NCBI GenBank assembly: GCA_945859975.1
Contig: CAMAPH010000005.1
Span: 37,977-101,976 of the forward strand
Source of the DNA: Chthonomonas calidirosea
Lineage (GTDB): Bacteria; Armatimonadota; Fimbriimonadia; Fimbriimonadales; Fimbriimonadaceae
DNA: 64,000 bases
Direction: 5' to 3'
In this document: piece after piece, positions 31,393 through 41,249 of the stretch
How positions within the stretch are numbered: position 1 is the stretch's first letter
Layout: each line of letters opens with the position of its first letter
The notes under the pieces: model-generated
Database searches by the model: none
Told to the model about the DNA's origin: nothing
Seen by the model: only the letters and a program-made list of their open reading frames with translations
Made by a program: the position numbers and the translations under genes

Positions 31393-31695
31393 GATCAAAC
31401 AACGGGAAGTGATCACGGTTATCGCGCACTCGCTGATCCAACAAGACGAAAGATCTTGCGGATGCTCGGCGATGGCGAAATGTCGGCCGGACAGATCGGA
31501 GATTCGTTTCCGATCTCCCCCGCCTCAATGTCGCATCACTTCAACGTGCTCAAGCAAGCCGGACTCATCTCCGGAAGGCGCGAAGGGCAGCAGATTCTGT
31601 ACTCGGTGAACACCACCGTGATGCAGGAACTGGCCGCCCTTGTGCTCGATCTCATCCAACACAGCGAAACCTCTCCACCGGAGACCACCGAATGA
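31384..31695 (+). CDS. sdpR: ArsR-family autorepressor, SdpR-like
   Basis: RALADPTRRKIL, SMSHHFNVLKQAGL, YSVNTTVMQE; coupled to an SdpI-like gene. Confidence 0.85.
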   Translation: MAKDQTTGSDHGYRALADPTRRKILRMLGDGEMSAGQIGDSFPISPASMSHHFNVLKQAGLISGRREGQQILYSVNTTVMQELAALVLDLIQHSETSPPETTE

Positions 31696-32345
31696 ACATC
31701 AAGAAATCGTTGCTAGTCCAGGCCAGCATGCTGGTTCTCGGACTCCTTTATAGCCTGTACATGAACCAACAGTTGCCAGACCGGGTTCCAACGCACTGGA
31801 ACATCAACAACCAGCCGGACGCGTGGGGCCCGAAAAGCACCGTTCTCTACCTAGGCTTAGCCATCTTGTTGCTGGGACCATTGATGACCGTGGCAATCCC
31901 AAAGTTATCTCCGAAGAACTTCGGCGGCGAAACCTTTGGCGAGACGTTCGCGACGGTGATGCTACTCGTGCAAGGCATGTTTCTTGCGATTCATTTCGTA
32001 ATCTTGCGGTCGGCTGGTGGCGGAATGGACAACATCGGAAACGTGATGATGGCGGTGATTTTCGCCTTCTTCGCCTTCTTTGGCAACTTGATGGGACGAA
32101 TCAAGCGCAACTTCTACATGGGTGTTCGAACCCCTTGGACGCTTGCAAGTGAGCGGGTTTGGCTGGCAACCCACCGCCGAGCCGGACGCCTTTGGTTCTT
32201 TGGCGGCATTGGCGGGGTGTTGTTCAGCCTGTTACCGATCCCGATGTACGTGCCGATCGCTGCGCTCGTACTGATGTCCATTGCGCCTGTAGTTGACAGC
32301 TACCTATTGTCCCGCAGGCTCGAACCAGACGGGACTCCGCAATAA
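31692..32345 (+). CDS. sdpI: SdpI/DUF1648 immunity-like membrane protein
   Basis: LPDRVPTHWN, NFYMGVRTPWTLASERVWLATHR. Confidence 0.9.
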   Translation: MNIKKSLLVQASMLVLGLLYSLYMNQQLPDRVPTHWNINNQPDAWGPKSTVLYLGLAILLLGPLMTVAIPKLSPKNFGGETFGETFATVMLLVQGMFLAIHFVILRSAGGGMDNIGNVMMAVIFAFFAFFGNLMGRIKRNFYMGVRTPWTLASERVWLATHRRAGRLWFFGGIGGVLFSLLPIPMYVPIAALVLMSIAPVVDSYLLSRRLEPDGTPQ

Positions 32346-32380
32346 AAAAGCCGCCCGATCAATCTGATCGGGCGGCTTTT
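32346..32380. terminator. Bidirectional intrinsic terminator
   Basis: AAAAGCCGCCCGATCA-ATC-TGATCGGGCGGCTTTT between convergent sdpI and gap. Confidence 0.9.
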
Positions 32381-32393
32381 CGTTATCAGGACG

Positions 32394-33401
32394 TCAGAGT
32401 CGCTGACCGACGAAGTTGACGATGTCGGCGATTCGGCTGCTGTAGCCCCACTCGTTGTCGTACCAGCTGACAACCTTAACCATGCTGCCAAGGCCGATGG
32501 TGTCGACGGCGCTGAAGATGCTGGAGTGCTCATTTCCACGAAGGTCGGTGCTAACCAGCTGCTCATCCGAGTACTGAAGAATGCCCTTCATGGCACCGTC
32601 CGCATACTCCTTCATGGCGGCGTTGATCTCGTCGACGGACGCTTCCTTGGTGAGGAGCGCGGTGAAGTCAACGACGGAAACGGTTGGAGTTGGAACGCGG
32701 AAGGCCATGCCGGTGAACTTGCCCTGCAGTTCTGGGATGACCAAGCCAACGGCTCGTGCTGCTCCGGTGCTGCTTGGAACGATGTTCTGCGATGCGGCTC
32801 GAGCGTCGCGAAGGTCCTTTGCGGCGGTGTCCTGGGTCTTCTGAGTGTTGGTGAAAGCGTGGACGGTGGTGAGAAGTCCCTTCTCGATGCCGAACTTTTC
32901 GTGCAGAACCTTAGCGACCGGTGCAAGGCCATTGGTGGTGCAGCTCGCGTTCGAGATCACGTGATGCTTCGCTGGATCGTAAACGTTGTCGTTAACGCCA
33001 AGCACAACCGTGAGGTCCTCGTTCTTTGCCGGAGCCGAGATGATGACTTTCTTGACGCCGTGGTTCTTGTGGGCAACCGCCTTGGTTGCATCGGTGAAGA
33101 AGCCGGTGGATTCGACGACAACGTCAACGCCAACCGTATCCCAAGCAATCGCGCCTGGATCCTTTTCGGCGAAAACTTTGATGGCCTTGCCGTTGACGAA
33201 GAGCTCATCGGCATCTCCGGACACGGTGCCCGCAAACGGACCGTAAGTGGAGTCGTACTTAAAGAGGTGGGCGTTGGTTTTGACGTCCGTCAGGTCGTTG
33301 ATTGCGACGACTTCAATGGCTTCGGGGTACCGAGCCAAAATCGTGCGGAGAGACAAGCGGCCAATGCGGCCAAATCCGTTGATACCTACGCGAATTGCCA
33401 T
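32394..33401 (-). CDS. gap: Glyceraldehyde-3-phosphate dehydrogenase
   Basis: INGFGRIGR, SNASCTTN, AFRVPT, SWYDNEWGYS. Confidence 0.98.
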   Translation of the reverse strand: MAIRVGINGFGRIGRLSLRTILARYPEAIEVVAINDLTDVKTNAHLFKYDSTYGPFAGTVSGDADELFVNGKAIKVFAEKDPGAIAWDTVGVDVVVESTGFFTDATKAVAHKNHGVKKVIISAPAKNEDLTVVLGVNDNVYDPAKHHVISNASCTTNGLAPVAKVLHEKFGIEKGLLTTVHAFTNTQKTQDTAAKDLRDARAASQNIVPSSTGAARAVGLVIPELQGKFTGMAFRVPTPTVSVVDFTALLTKEASVDEINAAMKEYADGAMKGILQYSDEQLVSTDLRGNEHSSIFSAVDTIGLGSMVKVVSWYDNEWGYSSRIADIVNFVGQRL

Positions 33402-33465
33402 AACGCTGTAACCAGTCTGGTTTACCGGCGCCATTGCCGTCTACCTTCAGGAGTTTACCTAGCAC

Positions 33466-34680
33466 CTACATCGCGGGAGGCTCTTGGGGCCTAAAGCTAG
33501 CACTGGACGCCACCGCTGTGCCGATCAAAAGAAGGGCGAATGTGCCTAGAAACGGACTGAACGGCGCCAGTTCAAAAAGCCAGGTTCCGGTTGGCCCCGC
33601 CACAACTGCCCCCACGCCCTGTGCCGCCATAACGGCTCCAAGGTTCTGCCCCTTCCGCGCGGGATCGATCTCGGCCACCCGTGCATACCAAGCGGGCATC
33701 GCCAGCAAGAAGCCGACGCCTAACGGCAAAGCACACCCAATCAACACCGGCAAGGTCTGCAGACTTGGCAGCGTCGTTGCCAGCGCTAGAGGAGTTGATC
33801 CGACCAGCGACAAGGCCAGACCGAGCATCATCGCCCGGTAAGCGCCGAGACGCGCTCCCAGCCTGCTGACTGGACCAGCGAGCACCGCCAAACCAAGCGC
33901 GGCCGGGAGCACCGAAGCCCCAACCGCAGACTCGGAAATTTTGAACACCTGGATTGGGAGCAACTTCGCAATGAAACTCGGGAAGCCGATGGCCGCAAAA
34001 ATAAGAAAGCCCACCACCATGTATGGCCAAGCCGCGGACGATGCTCCGCCCTCCACTCGCTCGGCATGCGCCGGTGCGGAAGATTTGTCTGAAGCGCCGG
34101 ACACCAACGCGAGCCCGGCCAAAACAACGAACAGAACACCGCTAGCGACAATTCCCGCGCCCGTCCAGCGGCTGAGGTCATTCGCAAATCCACCTAGCGG
34201 GAACGCGAGCGCGACCCCAACGAGGTAGCAGGTGTTCACCCAACCCATCACCTTTTGGCGCTCGGTTTCATCGTGCGCACTCGATGCGGCCCAGAGGAAA
34301 ACGCTTGGCCATATCATCGCCGCCGCCACGCCATCAACCAACCGAAGCGCGACCATCGAAACGGCTAGCCCCGGCCACATCGGCATCAGAAGCGTGCAAG
34401 CGGTACTGAAAATGCCAAGCGCAGCGCCGGTCAGAATCGGCCGCTGCGGCCCAACGCGATCCGCCCATGCACCAAGTCGGCTCTTTAGGAGCGTTTCAGA
34501 GAGAAGGAATCCCGCCAGCGCAATCCCGACCCAACGCTCGGAAAGTCCGCGCGCCTGCGTTAGATACACCGGCATCGTGCTCAGGTTAAGGGTCGCAAAG
34601 GCTATTTCTGCCACCAGAGCCACCGCGATGCACCAGCCTATGGCCAGACGCGATCGGGATGGAGGCAAAGGTTGATTCAT
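33466..34680 (-). CDS. MFS transporter
   Basis: About 12 TM segments; motif A GAWADRVG; LRLVDG. Confidence 0.85.
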   Translation of the reverse strand: MNQPLPPSRSRLAIGWCIAVALVAEIAFATLNLSTMPVYLTQARGLSERWVGIALAGFLLSETLLKSRLGAWADRVGPQRPILTGAALGIFSTACTLLMPMWPGLAVSMVALRLVDGVAAAMIWPSVFLWAASSAHDETERQKVMGWVNTCYLVGVALAFPLGGFANDLSRWTGAGIVASGVLFVVLAGLALVSGASDKSSAPAHAERVEGGASSAAWPYMVVGFLIFAAIGFPSFIAKLLPIQVFKISESAVGASVLPAALGLAVLAGPVSRLGARLGAYRAMMLGLALSLVGSTPLALATTLPSLQTLPVLIGCALPLGVGFLLAMPAWYARVAEIDPARKGQNLGAVMAAQGVGAVVAGPTGTWLFELAPFSPFLGTFALLLIGTAVASSASFRPQEPPAM

Positions 34681-34749
34681 TGTTTGCCCCAGCACTTTCT
34701 ACCCCGTTCCCCGCGCAATGTCCGCAGGGCTTTCGCCTAAACTGGCCTC

Positions 34750-35205
34750 ATGCCATTTGGAGATCGCAAAGTCGCGCAAGTTGCCGTCGTCGTCAAGGAC
34801 ATCGAGTCCGCGAAGGTGAGCTACGCCACGCTGTTCGGCGCGCCCGTTCCGCCAACCATCGTCACCGATCCGGGACTCTCCGTGAATATGACCTACCGCG
34901 GAAAGCCTTCCGACGCGAAAGCGAAGCTCGCGTTCATCGAGCTACCGAACACCCAGTTCGAGCTCATCGAACCGATTGGAGAGGACAGCGCCTGGTACGA
35001 AGGACTTGCCAAGGCCGGCAACGGCTTCCACCACGTCGCTTACTGGGTCGAAGACATGAAAGCTGCGCATGACGAGTTGGCCGAGCAGGGAATCGTAATG
35101 ATCCAGCGCGGCGATATGGGCGAGGGACAGTACGCCTACTTCGACGCCCCGGAGCACGGCATCGTCATCGAACTTCTTGAAAAGGTGCGAACCCCGCTGG
35201 ACTAA
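34750..35205 (+). CDS. VOC/glyoxalase family protein
   Basis: QVAVVVKDIE, ELIEP, GFHHVAY, IELLE. Confidence 0.88.
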   Translation: MPFGDRKVAQVAVVVKDIESAKVSYATLFGAPVPPTIVTDPGLSVNMTYRGKPSDAKAKLAFIELPNTQFELIEPIGEDSAWYEGLAKAGNGFHHVAYWVEDMKAAHDELAEQGIVMIQRGDMGEGQYAYFDAPEHGIVIELLEKVRTPLD

Positions 35206-36485
35206 TGCAACTCGTCTCGGTTCACGAATCACGTCGGTTCTTGCAGACGGAGGATGGTTCGCCGTTCTTCTGGCTCGGCGATACCACTTGGGAGCTGTTC
35301 CATCGTCTCTCCCGTACGGAGATCGCCGACTTCCTTTCGGTTCGGCATCGGCAAGGCTATAACGTCGTGCAAGCCGTAGCCTTGGCAGAGCTAGACGGCG
35401 TTCGTGTACCAAACCGAGAAGGACAATTCCCCCTCATCGACGAGGACCCAACCAAGCCTGACCTTCGGGCGGGCGGATATTGGGACCTCGTCGACTTGAC
35501 TTTTGATATCGCCGAGAAGCACCAGATTTACATCGCCCTACTGCCGACATGGGGCGATAAGATCAAGAAAGACTGGGGCGACGGACCAGAAATCTTCACC
35601 GTCGAAAACGCCCGAGCCTATGGCGAGTTCATTGGCAAGCGCTACGGTCACCGAGACAATTTGATCTGGATCATGGGTGGCGATCGGTCTTTCGAGCCGC
35701 AGCAACTTGAAATTGTCCGTGCCATGGCCGAAGGGATTCGCGCCACCGAAGCCAAGCGGCACCTGATGTCATTCCACCCCGTTGGAGGCAAGAGCTCTTC
35801 GGCCGAGGTCTTAAACGAACCATGGCTCGACATGCACATGAACCAATCAGGCCACTGGTGGTTCGACATGCGGCCAGATTTGATGATCGAGAACGATCTA
35901 AAAATTGACCCGAATCGACCCAGCCTTGATGGCGAACCTTGTTACGAAAACCATCGGCCATTCAAGGCATTGATGGAATACAAGGATCTCTCGATTCCGG
36001 TCTTTGATGCCTACTACGTTCGGCGCGCTTGTTACCAAAGCGTCTTTGCCGGCGGTTGTGGGGTGACGTACGGGTGCCATGCGATCTGGCAGATGGCGCA
36101 GCCCATGTTTGAGCCGGTGAACTACCCGATCGGATACTGGCATCAGTCGACGCAGCTACCCGGTGCTCGTCAGTTGGTGCATCTCCGCGACCTTGTGAGC
36201 GGACCAGAGTACTTCGACCGCATGGCCGATCAGTCGCTCATCCTGGCCGGTCTTGGAGACTGCGCAGACACTGCTCGTTCCTGGCGCACCGCTTCCGGTA
36301 AACGAGCCGCGATTTACTTGCCGAGCCCGAGACCTTTGAAAGTAGACCGTAGCCAACTACAGGCAGGAGCCCGATCGTACTGGTTCGATCCCCGAACGGG
36401 TAGCCGCATCGACGCCACCTCGAATGACGAGACATTCAATGCTCCGACCGCAGAAGACTGGGTTCTGCTCTTCGAGGCAGATTAG
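35205..36485 (+). CDS. DUF4038 / GH140 (apiosidase-like) glycoside hydrolase
   Basis: FFWLGDTTW, LLPTWG, WIMGGD, QSGH, DGEPCYE, C-terminal WFDPRTG. Confidence 0.85.
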   Translation: MQLVSVHESRRFLQTEDGSPFFWLGDTTWELFHRLSRTEIADFLSVRHRQGYNVVQAVALAELDGVRVPNREGQFPLIDEDPTKPDLRAGGYWDLVDLTFDIAEKHQIYIALLPTWGDKIKKDWGDGPEIFTVENARAYGEFIGKRYGHRDNLIWIMGGDRSFEPQQLEIVRAMAEGIRATEAKRHLMSFHPVGGKSSSAEVLNEPWLDMHMNQSGHWWFDMRPDLMIENDLKIDPNRPSLDGEPCYENHRPFKALMEYKDLSIPVFDAYYVRRACYQSVFAGGCGVTYGCHAIWQMAQPMFEPVNYPIGYWHQSTQLPGARQLVHLRDLVSGPEYFDRMADQSLILAGLGDCADTARSWRTASGKRAAIYLPSPRPLKVDRSQLQAGARSYWFDPRTGSRIDATSNDETFNAPTAEDWVLLFEAD

Positions 36486-37573
36486 CGGGAATTTCTTAAG
36501 CGAAGTCGCAGATTTAGTTTCGGAAAATCCTGCTTCGGTAACGCGTCGGGGTACTCGCCGCTGGCGAACGCTTTTCGAGAAGCAAAGAACGCTTCCCCGC
36601 TTTCCGCCTGCACCACACCAGAGTTCGTGCCGCCATCATAGGCGGCCAAGATCAAGGCAAGAACCTCGGGCCGGATCTCAAGTTCAGGATCTAGCGTGAC
36701 GACAATGTCATCTTTGCCTGTAGACCCAGGCTCACTGCTAAAGCGAGCATCGAACCGCTCGGCAAGATCTCGAAGCGCCTGATTCGGTTCGCTCTCAACT
36801 TCGATCACAACGGCATCTGCGGGAAGTGCCTGCAGCGAAATCTCCGTTAAGGCGGATTCCAAGGCGCCGAGATCGCCTCGGAACCGCAGCCGGACCGTCA
36901 GCTTTGGCAAGAACTTTACGCGCTCCTTGCCAAGGGAAACGGTTTCCGGCAACGTTCGGAGCATGCTGGTGACCACGGTCGGCTCGTGAAAGAGGCTGCT
37001 CAGCTTCGCATCCACAATTTTAAAGCCGATGTAGCGATAGAACCCAAGGGCGCGCTTGGTGGACGAAGCGAAAACGTGAATGTAGAAGTGCGTGTGGCCA
37101 AGCTCTTTGAGCCGGTTAAAGTACGCCTCCGCAAGCGCCTCTCCACCTCGAGCGCTACCTTGAAACGCGGAATCGATATTGAAATGGAAGTTCGAAGTAT
37201 TCGGCGGATGCGCCGGCACCTCACGCCAGCTTCGGAACAGGAACCATTTCACAAACCGCCGACTGGGCGGATGGTGCTGGTACTTTCCGGCGATTGAGTT
37301 TGCCGCCATTTTTGCCAAGTACGGCAACAGAATTCGGACCGCCCGCATTTTGAAGCCGTCCTTGATCGCGGCGACCAAGTAACCCACGACGGCGCCATCC
37401 GCTTCAATCACCCAAGCAGCATCCGGCTCACCATCCAGAAACGGGGCGAGCCAGATTTTCGCAAAGAGGTCTTTGTCGATAAAGTACTTTTCGAGGTTGC
37501 CGCGCAGACCGTGGTCGATGCAGATTCTTTCAACGGCGGCTCGGTCGGAGGGTTGATACGGACGGACCGTCAA
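36482..37573 (-). CDS. GNAT acetyltransferase with C-terminal extension
   Basis: VRPYQPSDR, VVGYL, HFNID..FQG..GG, ALGFY..GF; TTG start overlaps the upstream stop. Confidence 0.72.
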   Translation of the reverse strand: MTVRPYQPSDRAAVERICIDHGLRGNLEKYFIDKDLFAKIWLAPFLDGEPDAAWVIEADGAVVGYLVAAIKDGFKMRAVRILLPYLAKMAANSIAGKYQHHPPSRRFVKWFLFRSWREVPAHPPNTSNFHFNIDSAFQGSARGGEALAEAYFNRLKELGHTHFYIHVFASSTKRALGFYRYIGFKIVDAKLSSLFHEPTVVTSMLRTLPETVSLGKERVKFLPKLTVRLRFRGDLGALESALTEISLQALPADAVVIEVESEPNQALRDLAERFDARFSSEPGSTGKDDIVVTLDPELEIRPEVLALILAAYDGGTNSGVVQAESGEAFFASRKAFASGEYPDALPKQDFPKLNLRLRLRNSR

Positions 37574-38694
37574 CGTCCCACCGCGGACTGATAGTGGCTC
37601 ACGAGTTGCTCCACCGCTCCGCGCCAATCTCGCCGCTCGGCAAATTCGCGGGCATTCCGCTTCATGCGCAATCGCAAGTCGGGAGAGTCGACTAGCTTGC
37701 GGACCGCTTCGCGCATCGCGCGTGGTCCATCGCAGACGAACGCGTTCTCATCGTGATTGACAAAATCCCGAGGTCCCGGGCCGTTGGCGACGATGGGAAC
37801 AACGCCCGAAGCCATTGCCTCAAGAACGACGTTACCGAACGTGTCGGTCACGCTCGGGAAGAGGAGAACATCGGAATCTGCATACGTCTGCGCGAGTTCT
37901 TCCCCATGAAGATAGCCAGTGAACTTGGCCCCCGTGAGTTCCTGCTCCAGCCAAGGCCTCTCGGGACCGTCGCCAATCACCCATATCGGGACGCTGAGGC
38001 CGTTCAAAATTTCAGGCAACTGACGGACGTTCTTTTCTGGAGCGAGTCGGCCTACGTAAGAGCAAACCACTTGGTGGTCCTTACGGAGGCGCTTGTTCCC
38101 AGAGAAAAGCTGAACGTCGATGCCTCGAGTGAAAACGCCAAGCTTGTTCTTAAAGCCGTTGACCTTGAGGTCCTTTGCCACGCCGTCCGTTGGACTCAGA
38201 ACCTGATCGCAAGGCGTGTAGAACCAGCGCAAAAACTCCCAGCCGATGTTTCGCATGACTCGCCGCATGGGCGCGGCAGACCGTAGGGCACCGTACTCAG
38301 CGAGATGGGTGTGGTAGGTGCCGAGCATCGGAAGTTTGGCTCTGGCCGCGAGATTTCGGCCGATCAGGCCCATGCTTCCGGGAGTCGCAAGATGAACCAC
38401 GGAGTATCGAACTTCCGTTAGCGCCTTTCGCCACCGATCTCCGATGCGAAAGTCTGGAAGGAGTTCAAACCGAAGTCGTTCGTAGTACGACCGGCTGAAG
38501 CGGTGATCGAACGAGAAGATTCGGACGGAACCGCGCTCCTCGACTCCTTCGTTTTCACCGTAGGTGTACACGTCGAGCGGGATCGACATGTCCTGCATCG
38601 TTTCCGCTACTTTGCGTAGCGTGTGGGCCGCGCCGTTGATTTCGAAAAACGTGTCCGTAAACAGCGCGACCCTCGGCGCTGCATCCATATTCAT
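37570..38694 (-). CDS. GT4 glycosyltransferase
   Basis: FTDTF..INGAA, YHT, YVGRLAPEKN, DTFGNVVLEAMASG. Confidence 0.92.
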   Translation of the reverse strand: MNMDAAPRVALFTDTFFEINGAAHTLRKVAETMQDMSIPLDVYTYGENEGVEERGSVRIFSFDHRFSRSYYERLRFELLPDFRIGDRWRKALTEVRYSVVHLATPGSMGLIGRNLAARAKLPMLGTYHTHLAEYGALRSAAPMRRVMRNIGWEFLRWFYTPCDQVLSPTDGVAKDLKVNGFKNKLGVFTRGIDVQLFSGNKRLRKDHQVVCSYVGRLAPEKNVRQLPEILNGLSVPIWVIGDGPERPWLEQELTGAKFTGYLHGEELAQTYADSDVLLFPSVTDTFGNVVLEAMASGVVPIVANGPGPRDFVNHDENAFVCDGPRAMREAVRKLVDSPDLRLRMKRNAREFAERRDWRGAVEQLVSHYQSAVGR

Positions 38695-38911
38695 TTTCGC
38701 TCGACTACGTTTTCCCATCGCGCGGACCTCCGGTAGCTGATCCTAAAACAAAGCAAAGAAGTGAGGAAATCTCACCCTTTCATTTCGATAGACGCGAACC
38801 TTCAGAAAAGGTTGCTTATCCGACCTATCGTAACCCAATGGTGTACCGAATTGGTAGCTTTCTACGGAAGCCGTTGGGACCATCCTTAACAGAATCTTAG
38901 CAATCGGGCAC

Positions 38912-38944
38912 AAAAAAGCCCTCCGCGACGGATCGAGGAGGGCT
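38912..38944 (-). terminator. Intrinsic terminator
   Basis: Minus strand AGCCCTCC-TCGATCCGTCGC-GGAGGGCT followed by a T tract, just after the prepilin-type gene. Confidence 0.8.
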
Positions 38945-38963
38945 GCAGTCGTCCTAAGACAAC

Positions 38964-39854
38964 TTAGTGAATGCCAGGGAAGCCCCAGCCACCGCCGTTA
39001 ACGTAGCCGTAGTACCAGTTCCACTGGTTGACGTTTCGTCGGTCGACCCAGATGTTCCTGAACCACTGGATCTGGCCCTTCTTCATCGCGGTTGCGTGTC
39101 CATCCACGAAGACCACCGGAGCGGTCTGCGTGAATCGGTAACGAGCGTGCGCCGCGCACTCCCATGCTCCGCCGTTGGTTGCTCCGCAGTCGGAGTCGAA
39201 TACCGGCGAGTAAACCGATGAGCCTGGGGTGTAAACATCAACGCCGTCGCGCTGGATCGTTGATACATCGCCTGGCGTTCCTAGGATCCTGCCGACCCAC
39301 ATCTGCTGCCAGTCGTGGAACCAAGGGTAGCTCCAATCGTTGGAGTTTGCGCCCTTTTCCATCATGGCAATCTTGTCTGCCGGGGCGTCAACCACGGACT
39401 GAGAAACGCCAGGGTTGGCAGTTCCGCCGTAGTTGTCGAAGTTGTTGACGAACAGGCCCATGTGGACGCCGTAGCTGAACGATGCGCCTGTGCTGAAGCC
39501 TGGTCGCGAAGCCCGAGGGTTGCCTGGGCTTCGGAAAATTCCGTCCTGTGCGAAGTTCTGATCTACACCGGTCGAGCTGACGCGCTTGTCGCCGCTCTTG
39601 AGATATGGATAGATTGCCGTTGCCCAAGTGATGTGATTGTCACCGGAGCCGTACTCGGACTGCGCGAACGAGTCATCGTAATCGCCGGAGTACATCAGCT
39701 GACCGAGGCCAAGCTGCTTGACGTTGCTGAGCGACTGAGTCTTCTTGGCCGCAGACTTTGCCTGAGCAAAAACTGGGAAGAGGATCGCGGCAAGGATCGC
39801 GATGATCGCGATGACGACGAGGAGTTCAATTAGCGTGAATGCCTTTCGATTCAT
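38964..39854 (-). CDS. Prepilin-type N-terminal cleavage/methylation domain protein (DUF1559-like)
   Basis: [40 protein letters not shown]. Confidence 0.9.
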   Translation of the reverse strand: MNRKAFTLIELLVVIAIIAILAAILFPVFAQAKSAAKKTQSLSNVKQLGLGQLMYSGDYDDSFAQSEYGSGDNHITWATAIYPYLKSGDKRVSSTGVDQNFAQDGIFRSPGNPRASRPGFSTGASFSYGVHMGLFVNNFDNYGGTANPGVSQSVVDAPADKIAMMEKGANSNDWSYPWFHDWQQMWVGRILGTPGDVSTIQRDGVDVYTPGSSVYSPVFDSDCGATNGGAWECAAHARYRFTQTAPVVFVDGHATAMKKGQIQWFRNIWVDRRNVNQWNWYYGYVNGGGWGFPGIH

Positions 39855-39864
39855 TGTGTTTTCT

Positions 39865-40917
39865 CTACTCTGAGGAGACTGGCCCGAGGGGACCGGTTTT
39901 CGGTGGACTGGTGGTTGAATCCCTCACGTCTAAGCCGCAAGGAAATGTTAACGAGAAGTTCTCTGGGCGTTTGCCCTGAATGAGGTTTAAAAGTGTGTTG
40001 GTGGCGTAGCGCGCCATTTCCGAGATCGGCTGACTTACCGAGGTCAGCCTTGGCGTGGTGGTTTCGCAGTAGGCCGTGCTGTCGAATCCGACAATGCTCA
40101 GGTCTTCTGGGAGCTTCAGTCCAGCCTCGGTGGCGCGATTAATGAGGGTCCCCGCCGTGCGCTCACTCCAGCAGATGATTGCCGTATAACCGGGATCGCT
40201 CTTCCACCAACCAGCAAACTCCGGAAGGTGCCAATCCCACGCTAAAACATCGGCCGGGTTCGGCTCTTGCCCCATGAGCTCTTTCGCAGAGGCGTGGAAC
40301 GCATCTCTTCGCTCCAAACAGTCCGGCGAAGTCAGTTCTTGAATTTCGTGCGCGAATGCGATTTTGCGGTGACCGAGCTTGGCCAGATGTTCGACCGCGA
40401 GCCGAATTCCACTGGCGTTGTCGCAAGCCACAAAGACAGCGTCCGTTGGCTCCGCCGGAGCGGGGGCATTCATTGCGACAATCGGAATTGGACAGTCGTG
40501 AATCAGTTGCAACGTCTGCGCGTCGCGCGTTAGCTTGCACCACACCACGCCTTCCAGCTGACCATCGCCAAGCGAACCAAGGATGTCGTCATGCAACAGC
40601 TCGGGCAAGATGGTCAGTCGATAGTGGTTCTTAAACAGAACGGACCCGACGCCTTCTAGCAAGTGCATGTAATACAGAGGGCCGGCCGCGAAGGACCCAA
40701 AGTTTTCGAAGATGAGGCCCACTGTGTGGGTTCGCTGAGTGCGAAGGTTTCGCGCAAGAACGTTCGGCCGGTAGTTCAGTTGCTCCGCAATCTCGCGAAT
40801 CTGGCCAGCGCGGACATCGCTCACGCGAACGCTGTTGCCCCGGCCGTGCAAGACCTTCGAAACTGCGGCGGTAGAAACGCCAGCCGCCTTCGCCACATCG
40901 CGAATCGTTACTGCCAT
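39865..40917 (-). CDS. LacI-family transcriptional regulator
   Basis: TIRDVAKAAGVSTAAVSKVL, YRPN..AR, PEDLSIVGFD, LTSV. Confidence 0.95.
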   Translation of the reverse strand: MAVTIRDVAKAAGVSTAAVSKVLHGRGNSVRVSDVRAGQIREIAEQLNYRPNVLARNLRTQRTHTVGLIFENFGSFAAGPLYYMHLLEGVGSVLFKNHYRLTILPELLHDDILGSLGDGQLEGVVWCKLTRDAQTLQLIHDCPIPIVAMNAPAPAEPTDAVFVACDNASGIRLAVEHLAKLGHRKIAFAHEIQELTSPDCLERRDAFHASAKELMGQEPNPADVLAWDWHLPEFAGWWKSDPGYTAIICWSERTAGTLINRATEAGLKLPEDLSIVGFDSTAYCETTTPRLTSVSQPISEMARYATNTLLNLIQGKRPENFSLTFPCGLDVRDSTTSPPKTGPLGPVSSE

Positions 40918-40922
40918 CTAAA

Positions 40923-41144
40923 TTATCGGTTCTCTGTAGGCGCGGTCCCGTTTAGCTTGAGCATCTCTTTCATCTTCTGCTTGCCTTCAGGAGTCATGCT
41001 CGGATCGTTGTCGATGGCCTTCGCTCGATCGGCGTTCGCCTTATCAATCGCTTCTTGTGTGGGTTCGTTCGTTGGTTCGGCAGGTTCGCACCCGACCACA
41101 AAAATTGCGGCGAAGAGGAGGGATAGGGCAGCAAGCTTCTTCAT
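40923..41144 (-). CDS. Small lipoprotein
   Basis: MKKLAALSLLFAAIFVVG-C lipobox. Confidence 0.75.
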   Translation of the reverse strand: MKKLAALSLLFAAIFVVGCEPAEPTNEPTQEAIDKANADRAKAIDNDPSMTPEGKQKMKEMLKLNGTAPTENR

Positions 41145-41180
41145 CGATCAGGTTCCCAGATTGATCCGATTAACGGATTT

Positions 41181-41218
41181 ATCAACGTTGATTATACGAT
41201 CAATCAGAATGCTGTCAA
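41181..41218 (-). promoter_or_regulatory. Consensus sigma70 promoter TTGACA-N16-TATAAT with overlapping LacI-type palindrome ATCAACGTTGAT
   Basis: TTGACA 41218-41213; TATAAT 41196-41191; palindrome 41181-41192 with central CG. Confidence 0.85.
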
Positions 41219-41249
41219 GAGGAATTCTTGAGATTTCGAGGGGCTTTCG

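Noticed and set aside
32526..33494. 322-aa plus-strand ORF, and similar long ORFs at 29567-30835 and 41271-42371
   Set aside because: Antisense to gap, the M28 peptidase and the vWA gene; expected from codon bias in GC-rich DNA.
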